The translations under genes were made by a program, and so were the position numbers. A stretch of 64,000 nt of DNA from a virus, in the IMG/VR virus record IMGVR_UViG_3300029309_000014, positions 5,323 to 69,322 of that record. One strand, given 5' to 3'. The notes under the pieces were generated by a model that had not been told where the DNA came from, made no database searches, and saw only the letters and a list, made by a program, of their open reading frames with translations. Shown here in pieces: positions 26,857 to 36,578 of the stretch (position 1 is the stretch's first letter; each line of letters starts with the position of its first letter).

Positions 26857-26939
26857 ATTTAACCGCCTTTCTATGGGGTTTTAAAGCTGCTACAGCAGCC
26901 TGATTTAATTTGCCCTACCCTATTACTAAAAGCAACCCT

Positions 26940-27959
26940 CTAGCTTTCTGAGTAGCCTGTAATAAAGTCAAAATGTTTCTTAACTCTCTTAGTATAAGTG
27001 CCTCCTCTTAACGCCTCCTTGATTGCAAGCGTTGTTTCCTCAGTAGGCTCGGGTAATGCCTTGCGTCCCATGCGGTCAGGTAACAATCCATTACGCAGAG
27101 TGGTATTGTCACAACCGTTACAAGGACCGAAATCACGTTGCCCATGATACAATTTTGTTCTCGCTGCATGAAATGCTTCCCCCTGCCATACTTCTTCCAT
27201 TGGTACATCAACTACATTGCCACATTTGTACCATCCAGGCCAATCGTTACAGCAAACAGCGACATTACCATCCCAACGTATAGACATTTCACGGAAAGGT
27301 TTAGCGCAGCGTTTACCATCTTGTTCATGGTTTAGATGGAAAGCGTTACCAGCGTGGTTACTGACTTGGGCATGGGTTCCGCTTGTAGCGAGCGTAAGAT
27401 CCATTCCAACAACGATAATATGTTCTGTAACTTTTCGTCGTTGGTGAGGGTTTGCGTTGCGCTCTGCAGGGTATTCGTATACAGGGTATGGACCATTATA
27501 TCTCTCCTTTATTTTATCTACTATTTTGATACGATCATAATTATCAAGAAACAAAACATTAAGTCCTGCTTCCATCAGTTGGTTGACACTTTTTTGAGTG
27601 TCGCGTAAAAGACCACCGCCATTGCTTGTCATCATAAGAGAAGTTTTTGGCAACTCCTGACGGAATAGTCTAATCATGTCTATGAAGAAAGGGTGCATAG
27701 TCGGCTCACCGTGCATGGCAAACTCTAGCCGTGGGTTCCATCCTGCTTCTTTTATACGGTCACAGATAGACCTTGCTCTTTCTATTGTTAAATATCTGTA
27801 AGGGGCAGATGCTTTACCATGTATATTTTCTGGACCATCTGCTTCATTTTCACGTATAGATTGTATGCCGCAAAAAGAACAAGCAAGGTTACACCCCTCT
27901 GTTAATTCAATCTGAATAGAGTTGGGTGGGTCTTGGTGATAGTTAGATTGCACCGCCAT
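26940..27959 (-). CDS. Radical SAM enzyme with SPASM/twitch-like C-terminal domain
   Basis: CNLACSFC, HGEP, MTSNG; C..PF..IRWDGNVAVCC..CNGC. Confidence 0.88.
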   Translation of the reverse strand: MAVQSNYHQDPPNSIQIELTEGCNLACSFCGIQSIRENEADGPENIHGKASAPYRYLTIERARSICDRIKEAGWNPRLEFAMHGEPTMHPFFIDMIRLFRQELPKTSLMMTSNGGGLLRDTQKSVNQLMEAGLNVLFLDNYDRIKIVDKIKERYNGPYPVYEYPAERNANPHQRRKVTEHIIVVGMDLTLATSGTHAQVSNHAGNAFHLNHEQDGKRCAKPFREMSIRWDGNVAVCCNDWPGWYKCGNVVDVPMEEVWQGEAFHAARTKLYHGQRDFGPCNGCDNTTLRNGLLPDRMGRKALPEPTEETTLAIKEALRGGTYTKRVKKHFDFITGYSES

Positions 27960-28728
27960 CTTTAGCTGCCTTTCTCCATTGAACACGAACATCCCAACGT
28001 GTTTTCATACCCTCCCATCCTGTTTTAGTTTCTTTCTGCACTGCTTTTACATACAGTGGAAACTCTTCAGCTAATGCCCTACTTGCCTTTTCTTGTAACT
28101 CTGCATTACGGTATGAACTACAACCACCAGCCGCACCAGAAGCACCACGTTGATCCCATGTCCAATCTACAATTACAGCATTACGATGCCCTGATTGAAA
28201 CAGTTTAAGGGTAACATAATAATCCTCCATTAAGTCCATAGTATCGTATCTTATGCCTAGCCCATGAATAATTTCAGGACGTATAGCATGAACAGCATTT
28301 TGTCGCATACCGTACTTAATTGTATCAGGAAAATGTTTATCGTTCATTTGTCGTGGGCTAAGACCAACATGGGTATGGTTCATTAACAACCACTCCATAC
28401 GCTCCCATAATTCGTGCATTTCTTCTTGGTTTGTTTTTCTTAGATTTGGAATATCCCCAGATATACGCCTCCCAAATATAAGATCATCATCCAAAACAAT
28501 AATTTTATCATGCCCTGCCTCCATAGCGTGTTCTAATATGAACTGCCGTACATTATTGATTCCTTTAATTTCACCGCGATTTATACAATCACGCCCCTGT
28601 TTGGTATGCCAATTTATTTCTTCTTGTGGGCAAACAAGAGCAGCATACTCTCGGGCTTCCGGACCAATACTATCCCAAGTAATTTGGTTATTCATCCTAC
28701 CCCTTGTTGGTATATATATTGGTATCAT
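27943..28728 (-). CDS. GT-A glycosyltransferase, TET/JBP-associated (TAGT/GREB1/base-J-glucosyltransferase-like)
   Basis: IYIPTRGR..GINNVRQFI..IVLDDD..MEDY..GGCSSYR. Confidence 0.75.
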   Translation of the reverse strand: MIPIYIPTRGRMNNQITWDSIGPEAREYAALVCPQEEINWHTKQGRDCINRGEIKGINNVRQFILEHAMEAGHDKIIVLDDDLIFGRRISGDIPNLRKTNQEEMHELWERMEWLLMNHTHVGLSPRQMNDKHFPDTIKYGMRQNAVHAIRPEIIHGLGIRYDTMDLMEDYYVTLKLFQSGHRNAVIVDWTWDQRGASGAAGGCSSYRNAELQEKASRALAEEFPLYVKAVQKETKTGWEGMKTRWDVRVQWRKAAKDGGAI

Positions 28729-29033
28729 ATCTCATCCTCATCAAATCTTACTTGGCCTGTCATAATAGCTTCTTCTAGCTCTTCATCTGTAAGGGTGCGT
28801 ACATCTTCTAACTGATTCCATACTTTAGGGTTTTTCACTTTTGGTTTTAATTTTCTTTTCTTTGGTTTTACCAATTTCAGTTTGGGTGGCTCTTTGCTCT
28901 TGGGTGGCTCTAATACTTCCAATGTCCGATAGCTGTACTTGCATTTCTGACAAATCCTCTTCCTCCGTATCGTGCTTTCGTAGGATCGACTGTCTACGAC
29001 GGAAGATCTGCCATTGCATTTTGGACACAACAT
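28725..29033 (-). CDS. NrdR-like zinc-ribbon protein lacking the ATP cone
   Basis: MLCPKC..SSVVDSR..IRRKRICQKC..YRTLE matches the NrdR N-terminal pattern. Confidence 0.7.
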   Translation of the reverse strand: MLCPKCNGRSSVVDSRSYESTIRRKRICQKCKYSYRTLEVLEPPKSKEPPKLKLVKPKKRKLKPKVKNPKVWNQLEDVRTLTDEELEEAIMTGQVRFDEDEI

Positions 29034-29035
29034 AT

Positions 29036-29932
29036 TTACGCCACCTCCCCATTAACAGCCTCCAGCATTGAACCTTGTAATCCATTATACTTACTACGAG
29101 GAGTGCCTTGACCAAGACGTACACGCTCATACTTATCCCACTCGCAAAGGCTGTGTTCAATACAACGCATATCCACAGCCAGAGTCGGGATGTGATTGCC
29201 AAGATAACGGTGCGAATCTTCGAGTAAATCGTGCATCTCCCTATTGCTTTGATAAGCACCTAACGCTTTTGTAAGAGGTCTATCATGGATTCTATTGAGG
29301 CCTCGTTTTGCTCCTGGACCTGCATTTGCCCAACTAAAACGGTCTTTTGCCTTGTCCAATACAGGTGTGTAGTTGAGGTCGGTAACCACCTCGTATGACA
29401 TAAAACCTCCTCCTCCCCACCCTTTATACTTAGCCATCGCTTCATGTACCGCTTGGAGCGACTGCGTTTCGGTGGCAATCTGCGCCAACGCTTCTTTGTT
29501 CTCCCATATTGGCGAAAGGAAATAGTCAACTACTACCTCTGATTTTGGTAACTTGAGTCCTTGGTTAGTGATTATATAAGCACCAGTAAATGTCCGTAAA
29601 CCCTGCTCAAGCCGAGCCTTTATCAAGTCTTTAGTAAAAGTAGGGTTAAAATCGTGCGACCAACCATGTGCATCAGCAAACTCACTAGTCCCAACCATAC
29701 GAAACATACAGCAATTAAATATAATTTCACCATGTGGACGGTTACTATTTGGCTTAGTAAAATTCTGTCTCATCCACACAGTAACCCTATCATTCTCACG
29801 GAAAGGATTAGTAAACTTATAATCGCGTAATATAGGGTCATCAGTCCAAGGGGCTGGTTGCCCCTTGGCTCGTTTTTGGTAAATAGCGTGACGCTCGTTT
29901 ATCCAGTAGCAGAACCTTTCTATGTTCTCCAT
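29036..29932 (-). CDS. aGPT-Pplase clade 1 thymidine-hypermodification protein (HhH-glycosylase-like fold)
   Basis: ERHAIY..PWTDDPILRDYKFTNPFRENDR..FTGAY..GFMSYEVVTDL..GPGAKRGL..EHSLCEWDKY. Confidence 0.82.
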   Translation of the reverse strand: MENIERFCYWINERHAIYQKRAKGQPAPWTDDPILRDYKFTNPFRENDRVTVWMRQNFTKPNSNRPHGEIIFNCCMFRMVGTSEFADAHGWSHDFNPTFTKDLIKARLEQGLRTFTGAYIITNQGLKLPKSEVVVDYFLSPIWENKEALAQIATETQSLQAVHEAMAKYKGWGGGGFMSYEVVTDLNYTPVLDKAKDRFSWANAGPGAKRGLNRIHDRPLTKALGAYQSNREMHDLLEDSHRYLGNHIPTLAVDMRCIEHSLCEWDKYERVRLGQGTPRSKYNGLQGSMLEAVNGEVA

Positions 29933-29935
29933 AAT

Positions 29936-30553
29936 CTATTCTCCTAACTGGATACAGCCTTTTTCGATAGCAAGGCGAATATCAACACTATTGCCTCCTG
30001 GACTCAATGCTTTCATAGCGGCAAGTGCTTCACCCACTGTGTTTGATTTTACAAGGGCTTCAAAATTATGCCACCGATTACTACCCTCGCGGTAAGGGTT
30101 TTGGTACACACCTGAAGCACCAGCGATCACAAGTATCTTTGCATTTATGTTATACTTGGATTTAGCTACACGCTTTGGTTTATCGGTTACAACAGCCTCA
30201 ATGCCTTGTGGCTCAGGCGTGATATCTACTACTTCAGCAGTCATTTGTTTCTCCTTTGAAACAGGTTTATATTTTTTAGCTCGCTCATGTACAAACTCAG
30301 CAAAGTTTTTATGGAAGCTGGGATAGTTAGGCAGGGAACACTCACCCTGAGTAGCAGCAACCACACTCCGTAACTCTTCTTCACTATATGTATCCTGTAA
30401 TTGTTGTACTTCTGAGAATACAATACTGTGTTCGTTTAACTCTTTACACCCTTTTAGTTCGCGTAAAGATTTGAAAACAAAGTAAGAATACGCATCGTTA
30501 CGGTTACTGGTATTATCATTTTCTAACACCGCATATGTTTTGATAGCTGCCAT
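29936..30553 (-). CDS. Hypothetical protein with C-terminal NPYREGS..TVGE..D..G.IQL domain
   Basis: 205 aa; TAGAAAGGAGG RBS; first gene of the modification operon. Confidence 0.7.
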   Translation of the reverse strand: MAAIKTYAVLENDNTSNRNDAYSYFVFKSLRELKGCKELNEHSIVFSEVQQLQDTYSEEELRSVVAATQGECSLPNYPSFHKNFAEFVHERAKKYKPVSKEKQMTAEVVDITPEPQGIEAVVTDKPKRVAKSKYNINAKILVIAGASGVYQNPYREGSNRWHNFEALVKSNTVGEALAAMKALSPGGNSVDIRLAIEKGCIQLGE

Positions 30554-30698
30554 AACTGCCTCCTTTCTATGGGGCTAATATATAAACTCTAACTACATAT
30601 AGGGAATCAAGCAAGCCCTAATTACTCCAATGCCCTACTAAAAGTTATCTCCTAGCAGGGCATCGGGCGAGTGGTGAGCTTCTGCTCACCACCACATT

Positions 30699-31724
30699 TT
30701 AAGCAGCATACTCAAGTGCTTTAGTCATAGCTTTACGCTTAGTGCTTGCAGCTGAACCAAACCATGCAGAGTTAAGTGCATGGTCACGAGTCTTGGCTCG
30801 CTTTTGGTGATCCATAACATAAGTAACACCATTCAGTGCTCCCCACCAAGTACCCTTGGCAGACTTTAGGTCATGTCCTGGAGATGTTTCAATAGCCTCC
30901 AGTATAGACTGGGAGGTTTTAGTAAACTCCTCATGCAGAGGTGGTAAGTCAGCTTCCTTAGACTTAGCACGTTCAATAAGCAGTTTAGGTTGGAACAACT
31001 CGGCAATGTAGTTATCGATCTGCTCTTTGGTAGCTCGCTTACTGGCAAGGAACTCTGACTGTTCTTGGAACTTAGTCATTTGCTCACCACTAATACCGAG
31101 TGCAGTTTCAGCCGCTTGCATAATTTCCTCATCAAACATTTGTAAATGCAATACACGAAACTTACCAGTCATACCCTCTTGGTTAAGAGCTAGGGTAATC
31201 GTATTGTTACATACAACACGGATAGGTGTGAACATTACAGTCATAGCTGTGCCGACCTTATGGCTATTTGCCATAAGCAAGTAACCTTCAATATCATCAC
31301 CGCCAGCCAGCTTGAAGCCTTTCTTAATTTTAGCCAAGCCCCAAACACGCTCACCATCACTTAGGCTACCAGCCGTATCCATCTCCATATGCCCTGCTTC
31401 AGTAAACTTTTTAAAGAAGGACATTGTTTCGTGGTTTTGGAAAGGTACAAACCCTTCACCACAGTGGGATAGTACACGGTTATCTGTATCACGAACAACC
31501 ACATAATGTTCGTTAGCGCGAAGCATAGCTGCTTCACCGCGTGGGTCATTAAGATCCCATGTATTAGGTTTATCCGCATAATAGATAGGACGTTTACTTA
31601 CTGTCCAATCAAGCCCTGCGGCTTTGAGCATCTCTTCGGGTGTAAGGTTATGCTCAACTTTTTCACCAAGCCCATGCCAAGGAACCTGTCCTGCATAAGC
31701 CATTGTTTCTACCATATGTGCCAT
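30699..31724 (-). CDS. DUF932-family phage/plasmid protein
   Basis: MAHMVETMAY..VPWHGLG..AGLDW..TPIRVVCNNT..GTWWGALNGVT. Confidence 0.85.
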   Translation of the reverse strand: MAHMVETMAYAGQVPWHGLGEKVEHNLTPEEMLKAAGLDWTVSKRPIYYADKPNTWDLNDPRGEAAMLRANEHYVVVRDTDNRVLSHCGEGFVPFQNHETMSFFKKFTEAGHMEMDTAGSLSDGERVWGLAKIKKGFKLAGGDDIEGYLLMANSHKVGTAMTVMFTPIRVVCNNTITLALNQEGMTGKFRVLHLQMFDEEIMQAAETALGISGEQMTKFQEQSEFLASKRATKEQIDNYIAELFQPKLLIERAKSKEADLPPLHEEFTKTSQSILEAIETSPGHDLKSAKGTWWGALNGVTYVMDHQKRAKTRDHALNSAWFGSAASTKRKAMTKALEYAA

Positions 31725-31748
31725 AATATATCTCCTTTCTATAAGATG

Positions 31749-32012
31749 TTAAGCACTGGTGTCAACCGTAGGCAACACATCAAAGTCGGACAAAGCAATG
31801 TCCAACCAGCAAGTATTACCCTCGGAACTGGTTGCTATGTGGCAACGCATCTCCACATCATTATGTAGCAGTGTTTCAATAATCGGAAACTTTAGGCCAT
31901 CTGATAAACGCTTTACAAACTTAGGCTCAACTGTACGGTTAGCCTTGCGTTGAATAGCGCGGTCATTTAGCCGTGCGAACTGCTCTTTGGTTAAGTATTT
32001 TACTTCTGACAT
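31749..32012 (-). CDS. Hypothetical protein
   Basis: 87 aa; TAGAAGGGG RBS. Confidence 0.6.
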   Translation of the reverse strand: MSEVKYLTKEQFARLNDRAIQRKANRTVEPKFVKRLSDGLKFPIIETLLHNDVEMRCHIATSSEGNTCWLDIALSDFDVLPTVDTSA

Positions 32013-32103
32013 ATAATAAGCCCCTTCTATGGCTGTTTAGGTTATGCCCATATTAAATAAGTGTACGCTTTGGAGCGCAACCATAAACCACTCCACATGA
32101 CAA

Positions 32104-33621
32104 TTATGCTGGGATTTGATAGCCACGGCTGTACATTGGATGTACCAGATGTAGATGTTGTAAAGCGCGAGTAAGCCCCACATAAAAAACGCGAGCCTCA
32201 TCCAAATGTTCGTTCTCAAACTTTCGCCACATAGAATAGGAACGACGCATAGTATCAGTGAGAAGCATAACGTGATCAGCTTGCGCTCCTTTTGCAGAAT
32301 GAATCGTAGAGATTCGGATACGAGGCTCCTCCGTTAATGACTCACCTTTACGGAGGCAAGCCATAATATACCTTTTATCATTTTCTGATATTTTACCTAA
32401 TCCTTCATCCCAAGGTAAGGTATGCAATAAACCATGGAAATCTAACAGGTCTTGCATAGTATAACGCTGGTCAGATTGTCCTTTACTAAAAGTCTTATGA
32501 CCATACTCAACTTGGCTACCTAATAACATCTGGCTGTATATTATACGCACCTGTTCAGCATTGAGTGAAGAGCCATTCCTCATATTTTCCCATAAACGCA
32601 CAGCCTCTAAAACTTTACCATCAATAGATTTACTGCCATTATAGATATATAGGTGACCTCTACGACGCACTTCTTCTTCTATTTGTTTTGCGCCTCTGGT
32701 TGTACGGCTTAATAGAAGCCACTCACCACTGCTCATATCTACTTCTTCGGAGTGCCTATGCCAGTTAATATAACCATCCTCATCCCTTGGGTTGAACTCT
32801 TTGGGTCTGCGGTCAACCACTCGTTGAATAACTTTTTGACTAAGTGTATGGTGGCTGGCGGGAATCCTGTAACTTTGATCCAGAACAGTAACAGAACCTT
32901 GCAGCCCTATGAAGTAATCTACATCTGCACCAGCATAACGGAATATGGCTTGGTCATCATCGCCAGCTACAAACATCTCTTTGGAGTTAGCCTGTAATAG
33001 ATGAACCATACTCCACTGTAATGGTGATAGATCTTGTGCCTCATCAATAAACACAACCTCTAGTTTTGGTGCTAACTCTCTATAACAAAACTGCTCAAGC
33101 ATATCCGTATAATCAAAAAGCTGGTATCTATCTTTCCAAGCTCGTAACCCTCTATCTACATAATCCACCCTTGCCCAATCTGTTTTAAGTGGAACGGTAG
33201 ATTCATTGTAGGCTTTGCGTAGAGGTTGTTGTAGGATCCTAGATATATTAATGATCTCTAAAAACTTATCACCATAACCAAAATCTTTGTATGGACCTTG
33301 GTCAGTAAGCCCTGAGTTAAAAAACCCACCTATCTTTAACCACTCACCAATCTCAGGGAATTTATCAGCAGTCATAATCTGGTTATGATTTATACCCATC
33401 TGCATAAATGCCAAGCTATGTAGAGTCCGGAAAAAAGGTAAGTCACGCCTATGTAATTTAAACTTTTCACAAGCACGATCAATAGCCTCACTTGCTGCAC
33501 GACGAGTAAAACCAAAGTAACCTATGCGATCTGGTGGGACACCCTTTTGTAAGTACTCTTCGACCTTATTCAGTAAGTAGGTTGTTTTCCCTGTTCCTGG
33601 AGGTCCGAGTATTATATTCAT
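32104..33621 (-). CDS. UvrD/Rep-like SF1 helicase
   Basis: GPPGTGKTT, FRTLHS, IDEAQD, GDDDQAI, QSYR, STIHSAKG, YVGLTRA. Confidence 0.92.
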   Translation of the reverse strand: MNIILGPPGTGKTTYLLNKVEEYLQKGVPPDRIGYFGFTRRAASEAIDRACEKFKLHRRDLPFFRTLHSLAFMQMGINHNQIMTADKFPEIGEWLKIGGFFNSGLTDQGPYKDFGYGDKFLEIINISRILQQPLRKAYNESTVPLKTDWARVDYVDRGLRAWKDRYQLFDYTDMLEQFCYRELAPKLEVVFIDEAQDLSPLQWSMVHLLQANSKEMFVAGDDDQAIFRYAGADVDYFIGLQGSVTVLDQSYRIPASHHTLSQKVIQRVVDRRPKEFNPRDEDGYINWHRHSEEVDMSSGEWLLLSRTTRGAKQIEEEVRRRGHLYIYNGSKSIDGKVLEAVRLWENMRNGSSLNAEQVRIIYSQMLLGSQVEYGHKTFSKGQSDQRYTMQDLLDFHGLLHTLPWDEGLGKISENDKRYIMACLRKGESLTEEPRIRISTIHSAKGAQADHVMLLTDTMRRSYSMWRKFENEHLDEARVFYVGLTRALQHLHLVHPMYSRGYQIPA

Positions 33622-35147
33622 CAGAGTATTTCTTCTTGCTCTGGTAAGTCAGGTAAAGCTAATGGCTCTTGACTATCTGCAAAGTAATCCTGTGGTAATG
33701 ACCACACATGAATACCTTTATTTTTCACACGCCAAAACATTTTTTCTGCTTCCAACCCTTGCAATCTTAGAGTTATTTTATTTGAAGAGTAATGGTTAAA
33801 GTCGTTTACTGTTAAATGCTTTTTAATATCTTTAACTTGAAAAAATACTTTCCCATCAAGCCAAACAGCAACACCTTGTAACACATCTTCACGCTCTGTA
33901 CCTTTAGCTCTATCAATACAGAACTGTGAAAGTAAATCTTCAAACTCCCCTTTTATTGTAGCGTCAGGTGGTACTTCCACAATAGTTAAGTTGTCTAATA
34001 ATAACTGTATTCGTGTCTGCCATGCTCTTTGGCTAACAGCAATCGGCAGCTTATTTATCTGAGATACACAATCTTTTTGAAACCTTGTTTGACTAATCAA
34101 ACCATCAGTGCTAAGTTCAACACGCAAACCATCAACATCTAATATCCATATGGGTGGGTCACCATCGATCTTTGTTAAACTTGACATCTGGTTTTGTACA
34201 CCAGCTGGACCAACACCAAATTTACGAGTAACGCATATATCTTTATTACAAAAAGGCTTAATGGGTTGATCATCACATTTATAATAATAATCTTTACGTT
34301 GTAATTGTTTGATTACCGCACCTACCTCAGTATGACTGAGTGGTGGCTGTAAGTAATCCACATTATATCTTTGTACTAATGCTTCCCAATTATCAGAGTC
34401 AAACATCCTCGCGTACACACCAAGGTTAAAGAGAGCATTGTTGCGTGAGCCTTCGCCAAACCCCTGTTGGCAAAGTTCGTTCAAGCAGGGTGGACCATCC
34501 TTTAACTTAGGTTCTGGTTCTGATATACGGTACTTTTCAAAATCCTCTGGTATAATTAAATACTTAGAGGCTTTAGTTACAAAATCTTTGGGCGACATAA
34601 GTTCACCCTTAAAATCGTATACAGACCTAGTGCTTAAATCACCTTTGAAATACGGCATATTCAAACCATTACCAGTATCCCCACGGTCTACTAGAATAGT
34701 TGTTTGTTTAGGGAATATTTCGCCCTCAGCATGTCCTAATGATGCAGCTAACTCAGTAAGTTTAGATTGCACAAACTCAGCTTGTAGCGCATCTTTGAAG
34801 AAAAAATAAATATGAGCACCACCGCTTTTACTACGACCTACCCACCCTATAATCTTAGCTTCTTTTAATTTATTTACTAATGATTTATGGTCAACACTGT
34901 AATTATCAATATCAATAGCACCCCATTTACACAGACTATCATCCCGTATGGGTATAATGCCAAGACCTTGTTTACCATCAAGATGCTGTTGCCAGAGTTC
35001 TTCTGTGGGTGGTTCTTTTATAATTTTATATACGCCTAGACGTTTACCATCACCACGTTGTTCATCAGGATTAAACACCCCATGAGCGCGTTTATTACCA
35101 TCAAAAAGTTTTAAGAACTGTTCAGCTAATGTCATTGCTTTCTCCAA
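33621..35147 (-). CDS. Primase (AEP-like N-terminus with PriCT-like domain)
   Basis: GAIDID, RSKSGGAHIY, GPPCL, EGSRNNALF. Confidence 0.75.
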   Translation of the reverse strand: MEKAMTLAEQFLKLFDGNKRAHGVFNPDEQRGDGKRLGVYKIIKEPPTEELWQQHLDGKQGLGIIPIRDDSLCKWGAIDIDNYSVDHKSLVNKLKEAKIIGWVGRSKSGGAHIYFFFKDALQAEFVQSKLTELAASLGHAEGEIFPKQTTILVDRGDTGNGLNMPYFKGDLSTRSVYDFKGELMSPKDFVTKASKYLIIPEDFEKYRISEPEPKLKDGPPCLNELCQQGFGEGSRNNALFNLGVYARMFDSDNWEALVQRYNVDYLQPPLSHTEVGAVIKQLQRKDYYYKCDDQPIKPFCNKDICVTRKFGVGPAGVQNQMSSLTKIDGDPPIWILDVDGLRVELSTDGLISQTRFQKDCVSQINKLPIAVSQRAWQTRIQLLLDNLTIVEVPPDATIKGEFEDLLSQFCIDRAKGTEREDVLQGVAVWLDGKVFFQVKDIKKHLTVNDFNHYSSNKITLRLQGLEAEKMFWRVKNKGIHVWSLPQDYFADSQEPLALPDLPEQEEIL

Positions 35148-35149
35148 TG

Positions 35150-35230
35150 AAAAGGTGGGAGAGTAGTGTTAGTTGATACCTAGACACTACCCTCCCGAGC
35201 AACCTAGAGGCGATCAACCCCCTCGGTTGT
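35150..35230 (-). terminator. Tandem hairpins ending in a terminator-like structure after the SSB-like gene
   Basis: CAACC..GGTTG hairpin, then GGGAGGGTAGTGT..ACACTACTCTCCC followed by ACCTTTT. Confidence 0.55.
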
Positions 35231-35232
35231 AC

Positions 35233-36033
35233 TTAAAAAGGCACATCATCATCAGTTGCTATACCTTTATCCTCAGGTGCAGGAGGGGCTGTTTCTTTAA
35301 CCTCTACTTCACCAGCTTTTACTGATTTAGCAAAAGCTACAGCCATCTCAAACACATTAGCTTCTTCAGCATCGCCAAGGCTTATCGGACCGATTTTACT
35401 AATTTCCCAACCGAACCAATTACCTTTATCATTGCTTTCAGCAACAGTAGATAGCTGGTATTTATGGGACATCATAGGCAAAGTGTACGGACCATTTTTA
35501 CCCTGTGCCGTAAGAGCTTGCATTTGTGTAACCCATTTACGAGCCTTCTTTAGCTGTGTGCTAGACATGGTAATCAGGCAACGCTGTGGACCATCATCAT
35601 CAAGCAGGATTACAAAGAACTGTGCAGTATTAGTGAGTATATTACCATTTGGCAGAATATCTTCACCACGCTCATTCTTTGTTGTAGTGTTAGTAATAGG
35701 GTCATCTGGGTGGTATGAACCAAAGTAACCACCACCTTTTTCCCTAGGAGCCCACTCTACAAACCTACGATTGTAATAGCATGGCACTACAGTCACACCC
35801 TTCTCACCATCGTATGCTTTATTAGCTACTGTATTAAACATCATACCAGCTTCAGCACCCTCAACATAAGCACCATCGCGCTTATTCACTTGTGGACTAA
35901 GTTGTGCTAATATCCGTAAAAACGGTACAGCCATATCTTGGGAAGTGGTTTCTTCAAAACCCAACCCACCTAAATCTTCAAACTGTGCTACTGCTACAGC
36001 AGAAGACTCTTTCTTTGCTACTTCTGTTGCCAT
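35233..36033 (-). CDS. Putative single-stranded DNA-binding protein
   Basis: PFLRILAQLSP..MSSTQLKKARKW..KGNWFGW; acidic DDDVPF C-terminus. Confidence 0.7.
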   Translation of the reverse strand: MATEVAKKESSAVAVAQFEDLGGLGFEETTSQDMAVPFLRILAQLSPQVNKRDGAYVEGAEAGMMFNTVANKAYDGEKGVTVVPCYYNRRFVEWAPREKGGGYFGSYHPDDPITNTTTKNERGEDILPNGNILTNTAQFFVILLDDDGPQRCLITMSSTQLKKARKWVTQMQALTAQGKNGPYTLPMMSHKYQLSTVAESNDKGNWFGWEISKIGPISLGDAEEANVFEMAVAFAKSVKAGEVEVKETAPPAPEDKGIATDDDVPF

Positions 36034-36035
36034 AT

Positions 36036-36578
36036 CTACCTCCGTATTTTGGCTCGCTGCCCCACAAATATTCCCAACAGGTCATACGGCAAATTCTCAC
36101 CTTTTTCTACCTGTTCCTTCACAAACGACTTGAGAGTCATGGGTTCAACCCAAGTCTTAGTTTGTGTTTGCAAACCGCGCTGTTCAAGCTCGGCAAGCAA
36201 ATCTTTAGCAGAGTTATCCTCACCACGGCCAAAAGCCGCTGTAACGTGGTTCTTAATTAGCGAACCATGCCCTGCTGTAGTAAGCCATTGAAAGGCTTCA
36301 TCCTGACGGTCTTTAGCAATGCTTGCACTATAATAAGGTGCAACAGTAATCTCACTGCCATCATCCATCTTGAGTTCAGTAACACCATACTCTTGCAAAG
36401 CTGCTGGCAATAAATCTTCTGCCACTTTACGATGCTCGCGTTTAGCGTCCTTTAACTCTAACTCTAGATCAGCAATGCGCTTTTCTAACGCAATTTGTTG
36501 TTTGCATAGGTTACTCACAGTGCTGATACCTGATTGATTTATGCTGGTTAGGTCTCCAGCTACACTTTCAAAGTCCAT
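36036..36578 (-). CDS. Conserved replication-module protein
   Basis: Coiled coil followed by AFQWL..GHGSLIKN..VEPMTLKSFVKE. Confidence 0.7.
   Translation of the reverse strand: MDFESVAGDLTSINQSGISTVSNLCKQQIALEKRIADLELELKDAKREHRKVAEDLLPAALQEYGVTELKMDDGSEITVAPYYSASIAKDRQDEAFQWLTTAGHGSLIKNHVTAAFGRGEDNSAKDLLAELEQRGLQTQTKTWVEPMTLKSFVKEQVEKGENLPYDLLGIFVGQRAKIRR

Noticed and set aside
28825-29259. 144-aa alternative-frame ORF across aGPT-Pplase and NrdR-like genes
   Set aside because: Overlaps two motif-supported genes and has no recognisable features.
22916-30553. 7-deazaguanine (DpdA/preQ0) modification at GA as the explanation
   Set aside because: No DpdA, FolE, QueD or QueC-like genes recognised; the rSAM has a CxxxCxxC plus SPASM layout within an hmU-type cluster.
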